Of a stretch of 64,000 bases of DNA, positions 54,076-64,000 are shown in pieces. Below the pieces are notes generated by a model. That model searched no databases. It saw only the letters and a program-made list of their open reading frames with translations, and was not told where the DNA came from. The position numbers were made by a program, and so were the translations under genes. Numbering within the stretch: the stretch's first letter is position 1; every line of letters starts with the position of its first letter. This DNA is from Phoronis australis (lineage: Eukaryota; Animalia; Phoronida): the NCBI GenBank assembly GCA_002633005.1, contig NMRA01000093.1, forward strand, positions 948,505 through 1,012,504, read 5' to 3'.

Positions 54076-54675
54076 TCCTTAACAGCCAAATAAAATAACA
54101 CCGTTGTTTAATAACTGTTAGTATTTGTAAGGGTTTTACATCACATTTTGATGATTCATTGGTGTAAAACAATCAATTCAACCTATAAGCTGACACCAGT
54201 GAGCTTTAATTGTTTTGAACTGCTGAAAAGACTGCACTTGAACCTCTGACATTATTGGTTAATTTCAACACCTTCGTCTGCCGTCAGGTAAAACAGCTGT
54301 ACTTGCTGTTATCGAGTGGAACTACTCTATCTAAATTGATACAAAATAGGTTGTTTTTGGGTGTCACTCTCCTTTAATAAACATGGTGGGTAGCAATACC
54401 TTCTTGCAGCAGAGATGCTTAAATCACTAATTTCATATCAAAAATACCAAAAAAACCAACCACACCATTGAAGCTGTCAAATTCAGGCCCGTAGCCAGGG
54501 GGTTCGAGGGGTTTTATCAAACCACCCACGAAGAAGGCCTAGCCCCAGCCTATCTTATGGACAACAACAAAATTGTTACAGCTACTGGCACAACCAACTA
54601 CAATGATAACGGAGTTAGTAATAATTTTGAATTTACTTCTGATTTAAAGCGCTTTACATAATCATCCGGCCATAC

Positions 54676-54710
54676 TTGGCCAACTTCAGACGACAGAAGC
54701 GCACAGATGA
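54676..54710 (-). CDS. TNFR exon 2 (35-nt micro-exon, signal peptide C-half: VICALLSSEVGQ)
   Basis: CTCCTCTAG acceptor, GTATGG donor; phase 1-0 bridges exon 1 and exon 3 exactly. Confidence 0.6.
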
Positions 54711-55219
54711 CTAGAGGAGCCTCAACGGCATTGAACACACATGGTGGTTACACCGTAGTGTAAAAAGGGAGTTTAGAAGTAAATGTCTAAACCTTAAGTT
54801 AAGCTAAATAACGCTAAGCTCCCAAAAAGTAGTTCGGTGTGAATGCCTTAAAACCGAACAAGAAACGAAACAGCAAAAAAACAGGTTTCTTATCTGATAT
54901 TGCTTGCTAGCATAGTATGGTAAAGGGCAGGCATTTTCAAATTTGGAATTGAAAGTGTTCATCAAATACAGGTATGGTTTTCATCCAGTGTCTCCTTTGA
55001 TTGTGGATTGACACGTATGCGTGTACGTGTTCCATACTTTTAAATACAATAGAAACCGACGGTAAGTTCACTATAGGCAGCCCTCCGTCGTTGCTCAAAA
55101 ACCAGACATTCAACTATAACAGTGTTTTCTTGTATTGAGAAAACACCTACGAGGATGTTCACATTTTGGGGGAAAAGTAGATATAGACCCAATAAAAATT
55201 TGTTCAATGAAGATAGACT

Positions 55220-55450
55220 TATCTTGTTAATACTGTCAATTATGCACAGCCTCACAGACTTCATACGAGCAACTAACTTGCATTACATCCAAGTTCTAAT
55301 TCACCCCCTTGCACACATTCGCTAGTAAGACCGAGCTCAGAGGAGTAGGAGACACCTTTGTGCAATGTTCGATAGCCGCAGCCAGTGAAGGCCGGATTCA
55401 AACCCAGGTATCCCAAACAGGAATCCCGACCTCAAACCGCTGAGCCACAC
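55220..55450 (-). mobile_element. tRNA-derived SINE
   Basis: A box TGGCTCAGCGG and B box GTTTGAATCC on the minus strand, followed by a non-tRNA body. Confidence 0.6.
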
Positions 55451-57454
55451 AGTTCAATACTCTGATACGGTAGTCTGCTAATGATTTAAACAGCACGTTT
55501 CTGCAATACTTGTAGTCAGCAGTTGTGGAAATCACAACATGTTATAGCATAGAGATTAGCTGTAGTTAACTGTTTTTGTGTAAATTTGCCTCCCGGACAT
55601 TCACGGACATAAGTGTTCTATAACTTTTTACCTTACTCATTTCCGTAGCGATTTGTTTTATAACGAGGATGTTGTATTGTCTACTCAATAGATGGTGATA
55701 CCAGTCACATCGCCATGACTAGATGTTTATTCATTGCTATTAGTAGAATAATTAAGAGTTTGAATACATCGTTCTTTGTTCGTCGAAACACGTTGTTCAC
55801 CACAACCAATACGCGCACTCAAATTAAATCTAACTTGTTAAATGCATTTATCGTCATTATTTTGACATTTGTCACTTTTATTTTGATATCAACCCTTAGG
55901 GTTTACTTTGCATTACTCATCTCTATTTATAGCCACAAGGTTCTACCCTCGTAATAATACATTTCTCTACGTAACACCTGATTGGTCTAGCTCATTCAGC
56001 AACCTACCTCGCCGCTTACAAGACCTACATTCATTTGGTTCTCTGCATTTTTTCCCACTGCCCAACCCAGGTGTCTGTTCAAATTTTTTCCTTTTCTCAT
56101 TATACATTACCTGTTAGGTCTTTTCAAGTTTTGTGTTTATAATCTGTACATTTTCTTTAGGCACTTCAGGCAGTTCTTCTGTTTTGGCTCCATCATTAAG
56201 AGCTATTCATTGAAGACGCAGGTGCCATTTTTTCCATACCCATCTTGCAGAATCTTAATTATAGTTCTTCTACTTACGTAATAATTAATGACATTATTCG
56301 CAATCCTCATCTTGTTTTACTCTGCAACATAGCTCATGGCGTACCTCGGGCAAAATAGATTACCATACAGAATATTACAGTCACCTTAATAAATTCCCAC
56401 ATCATGAACGTACTATTCTCTGCTGAAAAGCATCATCTGTTGTCTTTGTCAAAGCGTTTTCAGATAGTGCAAAAAACACTCATCGATTCCACCATGAACG
56501 ACGTTTAGCTACAGTGTATTTGCCTCTACCTTGTTGTTTGTCACATAGAGGCGGAGCTTGCGAAAGGTCAATCCACATTATGCATAGAAAACTAAGCAAA
56601 ATTTAGTCAGAGAAACTCTACAGTTCCCTTTTAATAGGTTCACTCATATTGGATGAAATGTCACAACTTCGCTGCTCTTCAGCAATGCCATGCCAAATTG
56701 TAAATTAAAAACTTATGGCCTGCTACTAAAAGTAACAAAACTATAAATTCTATACATGCTATCAAGACTAGGTTGTTTTCTCTATTAGTTTGTACACTCT
56801 ATTAGTTCGTACAGGAACCTTGAACATGGCGTTTGTCTCCAATAGTTCATGCAGAAGGTGACCGAAGGAAAATAGTTCATACACATATCTTGCGTCGGAA
56901 AAAATAATTCGTACAAGCTTTTTGGATCTGTAAAATGGAAATTTTCATTCTTATACAAATCAATAAGCGCCAATTCTATTCAGGTGATCGGAATACGTTA
57001 TTTGCTTTACTACGCTAGCAAAGAGCTCGAAAAGTCGTTCTTCAGGTCGCCATTTTTGGCGACAGAAAATGTAAAAGTAGCGATAAGATTTTCCAGTGTG
57101 TCGCCAAAAGGAGGTAAAAATGTCATAACAGCAGATTTTCCCAACAAGGTTCTTTTACCCTCAGATTGATATTACATGAATAAATTTACAAAAGTGCGGA
57201 GTAACAGTACCGTGCAGTGGCGGATCTAGGATATCAAAAGGGGGGCCCAACATTTTGTCTGCAAACACTTGCGCAAAGCACGATTGTAGATGCGCATAGC
57301 ACCAGAGGACGGGTCAGGAGTTGGGTTTGCCCCCCTCCCGCCCAGGAAGTTTTTCTGTTTTTTCCTCTAAAAATCAAGCATTTTCCTTGATATCCGAAGT
57401 ATTATCCAAGAAAAAAAGGCAAAAACACACGGAGAACATGTCAAACAGGAAAAA

Positions 57455-57525
57455 TTGCGATTACCACAGACTCGAACTCACAACCTGGCGGATAGAGCGC
57501 GCGTGCTTTGCCACTGCACCACCGC
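57455..57525 (-). repeat. tRNA-like Pol III head remnant
   Basis: TGGTGCAGTGG A box, GTTCGAGTC B box; no intact cloverleaf. Confidence 0.45.
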
Positions 57526-57849
57526 GATTTAACTCCTAATTTGATTCCAAGAGACCTACTTGTTTATGGTCCACAGCGTTTGCGCGCAAAACCTACTTCT
57601 TTTTGTAATGCTTATTACAAGCTTTATATTTTGTGCAATCAGTTCGTAACAAATTTTTTGTATTTAAAGTAGTCTTCAATTGTCCAAAAGACCAAATCCG
57701 TTTTTTGTGTTGGCAATAATGACGCGAGTGCGTTGGAAATCGTCTTAAGTTAAGGTTTGACAAAGAGAGAATTATGAGTTTCTGAGTGATTCACTAAAGG
57801 CTTCGATTAAAATTCACATCTTACCAGTAGCTTCTGTTTTTTTTACCGC

Positions 57850-60089
57850 CACTCAGATTCTATTTTCTTTAAACAAGAGCAACGCAGAGCGTTGAAATGC
57901 GCCCACAATTGCACCGTATACGGTATCCTTCTAGGGTTGTTTATTGGTACCATAAAGTGGCCAGTAGAGGGCATATGTGTAGTTTGTTGTACTTTGCAAA
58001 ATGGAAAGGCATGGTAACTGTCTCAATAGGCTAGGGGCAAAATGTGAGTATCTTCATAATACAAGCACATCCTATACATCAGTTGCTTAAAGCACCACAA
58101 AAACATAAAATTAAAAACAAATTTACCAACATACGAGATTAGCACAGCATTAGAATGCCTGAAACAAATTTCTACTTGGAACTTTTCCTTCATAGTCACG
58201 AAGTAACACAAAGTATACACCTGAAGACCTATGAAAATACAGAGGTCAATGTAAAATACTAAAATTGCCACTAGAGGCATACCGGTAGTCAGAATCATCC
58301 TAAAGTCGTCATCGTCCGTTGTCAACATCACATAAATACACTTACTAAATTTAGTAAAGATCCTGCAAACGGTTTGGGCGATACAGCCATGGGCGCAAAA
58401 AAAACTGCCACTAGGAGGCGCCACAGTAATCAAAGTCATGGGAAATTCAGCGTCAACCGTCCTCTTCATAGTAAGAACATACATTCCAATTTTCACAATC
58501 ATACTTAGAGCGGTTTGGTTGATAGAGGGGTGGACGCACAAAAACAGACTCGAAAACAATAAAAATGGCCACTAGGTGGCGCAAACTATGTCAAATCCAT
58601 CTGAAAACGAGAGGATAGCGTCATCTCACTAATAGGTGCCTACATACCAAATTTCATGAAAATCCGTTCAGGACTTTTCAAGATACAAAGGTAAGCGTAA
58701 AAAAATAAAACTGCCACTAGGGGGCACACCAGTAGTCGGATCCGTCCAAAAGTTCGCACATGCCGTCCCATTCATGAGTGAAACACAAGTGCTACATTTC
58801 ATGAACGTATGTCAAAGGGTTTTGGAGATAGAGCAGCGGACGCCGGACGCCAGATGGACGCCGCCCGGACGGACGGATGGACGGACGGACAGAGATGACG
58901 GCATAATGCGTCCACATATAAATATGTGGGCGCATAAAAATGAAGTAATTTTCTTCACTGCACAGTGGAGCAGACAATGGAAACAGAGTCGTAGTGGGCA
59001 GCGCCACTGCCGGTCGCACGGCAGAGCCTATACTTAGCAGGTTGCCAAAAAAACAGCAAGAGCTTAGGGAAATATTGAGTTTATTAATTAACCCCGGTAA
59101 TTAACAATATACAGCTGAAACAAGATTTAAATGAGTGTAGTTTTAGTGTGTTTGGGGAAGGGGGGCTCAGATCCAATTTCAAGTGTCCGATTCGGACAAC
59201 CGGCGCAATCGTAACGGAACTATGGCTAAATATTAGGCAACACGCAGCCCCTCGGCTGGCCAGTTAGGGACTGCAATACTTCCAATCACTTTCTGTACGA
59301 ATTTCGTCCCATGTATTTTAAACGGGCGGTAGGCCAAATCCAGTCACCGAAAAGAGCTTTCACCTTGTCAAAAATACATTCCACACTTAAAACTATCATT
59401 TAAAAAGCGCTTGCTTTCTCCAGTGGTCCTTTTTACTTCTACACATATCTCTGATGAAGCTTAGTTACAAGAATTAAGGTGACTTTGGCAAAGAATTCCA
59501 ACTCCACTTTTTTGATCACCGTTAACTTTTTCACCACGCGCACGATAACCACAAAGTAATTCAACTGAGTCACGTGAGTTAGGTAAAGGCTAGTGCGAGA
59601 CGTACTGAGCGAAGCACGTGACGCTGGCTCGAGGCACTTGCAAAACGGGAAGGCATCAGGTGAAAATTTGTAAGATGTGTGTACCTTGGACTTTTCATTT
59701 GTCAACATGCGTGATTTCACATAACTTCCTCAAAATGGCACCGGTGGTAGAAAGTGGAGCAAACCGCGACAGATTTTCAATGATTTGTTCAAATTATATT
59801 GACTGCATCGTCTCCCAACTCATGGTATGTGTTAACTATACCTCCATGAGCATAAATGCACGTTTCATTTGACTTTACTTCCTGCATTTTGAAATTCATA
59901 ACTTTTTGTGGGGATGTACTATTGCCCCTGTATGCGTGCGGCATACAGGGCCTAGCCACTAGGCTCTCCCGTAATATCCCTGGCGACAGGCAGTGGCGCT
60001 GCGCACTACAAATGCCTTTTCCGTCGCCTGCTCCACTGTGCAATGAAGAAAATTACTTCATTTTTTATAAAGAAAACGGAATCTGAGTG
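57850..60089. mobile_element. TIR element (CACTC...GAGTG, ~110-bp TIRs) whose left TIR is split by a HINE
   Basis: 57850-57871 plus 58941-59020 is the reverse complement of ~59980-60089. Confidence 0.75.
57872..58940 (-). mobile_element. Intact HINE (best reference copy)
   Basis: Minus strand reads TT-subTIR/IR stem-loop-(GTCC)n-array-subTIR-CAACGC.TCT.GCGTTG hairpin-CTTGTT, the DINE-1/HINE layout. Confidence 0.9.
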
Positions 60090-60604
60090 ACGATGAATTT
60101 TGTTACGTACTGATTGCACAAAATATAAAACGTGTAATACATGTGGTAAACACATTCACTACCACAATAAACTATAGGAACAGTGCATTTATCCACCTTC
60201 ACTCTCATCAGGCTTCTATTGTAATTGTGCGTCAGCATGTGTGAATAATTGGCTGAATGGATGACCAGGCCATAAAATGATAATTAGCCAAGACCAGTTA
60301 AATAATGCTGCATGGAATAGTTAATACCTTAATGGAAATTTTGAAAGAGTGGGCATCTTCTGCTAGTCTTTCGCCGAAAATGTTCTAAAAAACTAGGTTT
60401 AGCGACCTCTGATTTTCTGGATTATGCAAACATTAAAATTCAAATTTGCAACGTTTTCATTTCCACCATCATTATGCTATGGAAAAAATAAAAAATTGGA
60501 AACAATCCGTACAAGCAACAAAGCATATGTCGTAGCATCACCTAGCTTGGTGAAAAGCTGTATACCGGGCGCTTAGAAAAATTCATTTCACGGGGAGGGG
60601 ACGC

Positions 60605-62275
60605 TAATTTGTATCAATTTAGATCGAGTAGTTCTACTCCATAACTACACGTGCGGTTGCGTTACCTGACACCTGACGGCAGACGGAGGTGTTGAAATTA
60701 TCCAATTACGTCATCGATTTCACACGCATTCTGTTCAGCAGTTCACAACAGGGGTTACTGGTGTCAGCTCATCGCTTGGAGTCATTGTTTAACACCAATA
60801 AATCATCAAACTTCGATGTAACGCCCTTAAAAATACACCGCGTTCTTACAAAAACGTGTTGTTTTATTTCGCTCTTACGGAATTATTGGTATTTGGACAC
60901 ACCGTAGCCTACAAAGTTCGGCAGGCCAATAAGGGAGTTTGGGGTGTGTTCGGAGATAATTTCGAAGTATTTTCCGTGAGATACAGACAGGAGAACCTAG
61001 ATCTATGTTGTTTAGACTTGTGATTTTCTGAGTTCTAAAAACAAAACGCTTGTTATCCTGGCCAGTGGCTCGGAGCGCGATCAGGCCCGTCGCGGCCGGC
61101 CGGATTGACTCGTTATTCCGGCCAGTGGCTCGGAAACTGAACAGACATCACAAACAAACCAGCCAAAGTTCAGTGGAAACTAAACTTCCAGTCAAGAAAA
61201 TACTATACTAGTGACCCAAAGTAATGTGCACGTGATTATGTTGGTGAATTAGCCACGAAACTGCAAATCTACTTACTCGTCGGGGACCGCGAATTCAGTT
61301 CCGCTTTGGGCCACAGTACCGTCAGGGCAGAAGTTGTATATTGACAATCATTACTGAGTAATGTAAATGTAAATAAAGATTCCCCTAACACGTACCTGGT
61401 CGTGGGATAGAAATCGAGTTGTTTCACAACAGTTTCTGCCAGCAAACACTAAATTAGCATGAGCTTAGTCACACGGCCTCAGTGACCCGTCAATTAGTTT
61501 TATTGCACCTAAAGCCGGTAACGCAGTGATTTATTCATTGCTGGCTTCCCAAATCATTTGCACTCACGAACACTCCAAAGGCATTACAAATTGCATCTAA
61601 TGAGACACTCTTTGTTTCAGATTTATATAAGTATTGGTTAGGGTGAGAATAATTCATTTTGAAACAGAACGCTGAGTAATAAACGCCAACATGACAACTC
61701 GCAATCCCGACTAAGGACGAGCTATAGAGCTCGACATCAGTCCCGACTTCGCAGGTGGATCGTTAAGTTTTACAGGCTATCAATTTGAACAGGAATACAG
61801 TGATGAACAAATACTAGAGAGGCGCCGTGAACAAGCACAGACAACGGAACGTATGGAGTTATTGGGTAAGCCGGCATTTGTCAGGCACTGTCGACGTCTG
61901 CAGGCCACAGACACGGAGATGTTTCACGGCCTCATGCTTGCTATTTACGGCGTACATTTCCTTCTTCACTACCATGAGCCACTTCCTAAGCATTTCGGAC
62001 TCTCGGGGAAGTAAAAAAAAAACGATATACCCGCTTTCCTCGAAGCTGCTAAAAGTTCGGACAAGAGGGAACGATGCACCGCAACATAGCGGCATTCACT
62101 CTGCATATGAACCACTGACGTCGCTAGCGTCGTTTCTCACCTTCCTCACCGGCAGGTTAACGCGACACCTCTTTCTTGTGTCTAGGCGAGGTAAGGTCGA
62201 CCATATGCGAGGCGATGTGGATATAGACCGATTAAGATGGCAAAAAAGACTAATTAAATCGGGTGGCATTATCCT
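60605..62275 (-). mobile_element. Kolobok-like THAP element copy B (one end lost)
   Basis: TTAA|AGGATAATGCCACCC terminus; THAP-like ORF 61859-62095 (MPLCC...FFLLPRE...RKW...VC); opposite-strand GYQFEQEY fragment near 61775. Confidence 0.8.
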
Positions 62276-62364
62276 TTAAGAGTGCCAGTTTCATCCACTA
62301 AGTAACTTGCCCGTTATTTAGTGACTGCCTGGTTCTCTAAATCCAGGACCGCTATATCCGACCA

Positions 62365-62418
62365 TAGGCAATGACCATCGCCTCTGTTGGCCCGAACAGA
62401 GGCGATGGTCATTGCCTA
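62365..62418. repeat. Perfect 24-bp-stem hairpin / miniature palindromic element
   Basis: TAGGCAATGACCATCGCCTCTGTT-GGCCCG-AACAGAGGCGATGGTCATTGCCTA. Confidence 0.95.
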
Positions 62419-62453
62419 ATCCTACCATTGCCCTACAAGTATAGTCCGGATAC

Positions 62454-62487
62454 CTATTGTCGTCAGGCTCCAAAGGTCGTCCGCCAT
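62454..62487 (-). CDS. TNFR exon 1 (MADDLWSLTTI, signal peptide N-half)
   Basis: AAGATGGCGG start context (Kozak/YY1-like) in a CpG-rich patch; AG|GTATCC donor, phase 1. Confidence 0.6.
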
Positions 62488-63464
62488 CTTGTTTCGCGTG
62501 CAGCGCAACCACGCGGGACTTATCGTTCCAATTTGGAGTGCTCGTCTGCACGTTAGGTACTAACCTCTCGGGAGAACACGCATGGAAGAACTGAGACTAA
62601 AATTAGTGCATTTACCGACTGTTTTTTTTTGAGACCACTTAAAAACTTGTCGATTTTACTAATGCACTTTTTTGTTCATTTTCAGAAGATATTTTCGAAA
62701 TTAAATTTTCTTTAGACGGAACAAAAAGCAACTCAGGGATTGTCTATGCAATGTATCTATTTGTCCCAGGCACTAACCGACACCTGTTAGGCCAAAGGAA
62801 AAACGCAGCAGACAAATGGAACACGCTGGGTGCTTAACAGTTTCGACCCACGCCTTGGTCATCAAAACATTGTCTACTTGTTTTTTTTATTGCAAAACAC
62901 TGTACTGAGCTCAACATTTATGTTGAAATTTTTGATTAAAGCATTTTGAATTTATTTGAAGAAAATTAAAATACTTGAATTGATAGAGAATGGCCACCAA
63001 TAAAGTAAAACATTGACTTTATTTCACTATATTGCATTGTTACATTGGCAACACAGCATGACATAATCAAAAATAAAAGAAGAGATTGAGCAATAAAATT
63101 CAAATGCGACTTGAAGTGGTTCGCTGCTTGTTCACTTGTCGTCTGCGCACTACAGTCGGTTGTCAATGGGGAAGAAAATAGTTCTCATTCAATTCCATAA
63201 AATGCTAATTAAGTAACCGTTTCTTGGCCCTGTCACACAAAAAGTAAGATATCAAGTTTTAGGTATCTTCAGACTAAAATTTTCAGTTTTCTTGAGCTTT
63301 AACCGACCATTTTTGTCAACTGAATGGGCATTAATATACGGCTTCTCGTGTGTGCAATATTTTTATGAATCAGGAAGTTGTGCATCAAATTTCACCGTTC
63401 GAACGCAAACAGAGATGTTTTTGATTGACAATTTTAATGGTATATATGAAATTAAGATGACATC

Positions 63465-63540
63465 AGCTGCTGAGTGGTGCAGTGGTAAAGTCAAAGACCC
63501 GAAATTCTTGCGGCCCGACTTCGAAACCAGCCTCGGTTCC
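63465..63540 (+). repeat. tRNA-like Pol III head remnant
   Basis: TGGTGCAGTGG A box, TTCGAAACC B box-like; poor cloverleaf. Confidence 0.35.
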
Positions 63541-63930
63541 CGCCAAAATGTTATCTCACTAGTGAGATAACTAAATGGGTTATTACACGGTTGTATTGAT
63601 CATTCGAAGCTGATATTGTGGTATAAAATCAATTATTTTACCGACAAAAGAAACAATGTCTTCGAGAGAGACATCTGCACTGAAAAAATGAACAAATGGA
63701 ACAAGAACAGCCTTTTATATATAATTGTGAGTTTGAAAGGGAAATCATAAACATACAACACACTTTAGCTTTACTTACCGAAATGCCTTGTGCAAATCCC
63801 AGCATCATGAGCAACAGGATGATAGAATGCGGCTTGACTACCTTGAGAATCTATACAAAGGTAAAAACACATGGTAATAAACAGCATTACAACATGTCTA
63901 GAAACTCAAAATTCAAAAACCAACAAAATT

Positions 63931-64000
63931 AACTTCAACAGAATTTTGTTATTTTAGATGTATTGGGCTAACCAGATAGTCCTGGCAAAGCCTTGGTAAA
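63931..64000 (-). repeat. Interspersed repeat copy 3, truncated by the window end
   Basis: Reverse complement of ~2095-2162. Confidence 0.75.

Larger units (their letters stand above)
49403..54373 (+). mobile_element. Kolobok-like THAP element copy A, with nested insertions
   Basis: TTAA|AGGAGAATGCCACCC...GGGTGTCACTCTCCT|TTAA; decayed THAP at ~49560-49760; colinear with inverted copy 60605-62275 outside the insertions. Confidence 0.85.

Noticed and set aside
54676-54731. Single signal exon MPLRLL.. with a 1-nt frameshift (pseudogene reading)
   Set aside because: Needs an indel; splicing from 62454 to the TAG at 54711 gives an intact frame without one.
55700-56635. Possible further Kolobok-like remnant ending AGTTCCCTT|TTAA
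   Set aside because: Second terminus not convincing and coding traces too weak.
57455-57525. Functional tRNA gene (also 63465-63540 and 55380-55450)
   Set aside because: A/B boxes present but no complete cloverleaf; SINE-type remnants.
62515-62524. kB-like GGGACTTATC upstream of the receptor ATG
   Set aside because: Two mismatches to consensus; not significant alone.
62838-62872. Hammerhead-like TGATGA...GAAA on the minus strand
   Set aside because: Core lacks the first C and the stems are not supported.
62966-63166. Hydrophobic ORF as the receptor signal exon
   Set aside because: No in-frame ATG before the hydrophobic stretch and a weak donor; the 62487/54710 micro-exon pair fits better.

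Overview
AT-rich genomic DNA from an invertebrate animal (GT-AG introns, one 945-N gap); the species cannot be named from sequence alone. Two host genes were assembled by hand, tail to tail. (1) CLYBL, mitochondrial citramalyl-CoA lyase / citrate lyase beta-like: + strand, 6 coding exons, 19695-26575, 368 aa. (2) A TNF-receptor-superfamily death receptor: - strand, 9 phase-compatible exons, 62487-28574, about 360 aa, with a signal peptide split over two micro-exons, 4 cysteine-rich domains, a TM helix and a divergent death domain. The rest is largely transposon-derived: a full-length but degenerate LINE with an 11-bp TSD, several TTAA-targeting Kolobok-like/THAP elements, P-like, hAT-like and Ginger-like remnants, Penelope fragments and tRNA-SINEs. 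At least 8 Helentron-associated (DINE-1/HINE-type) elements are also present; their internal ~148-bp repeats each carry a CTCF-consensus-like motif. Top leads are these mobile, nucleosome-spaced CTCF-like arrays, the death receptor itself, and a Ginger-derived candidate promoter/first exon that would splice in frame to CLYBL. Family assignments rest on recognised motifs, not database searches.
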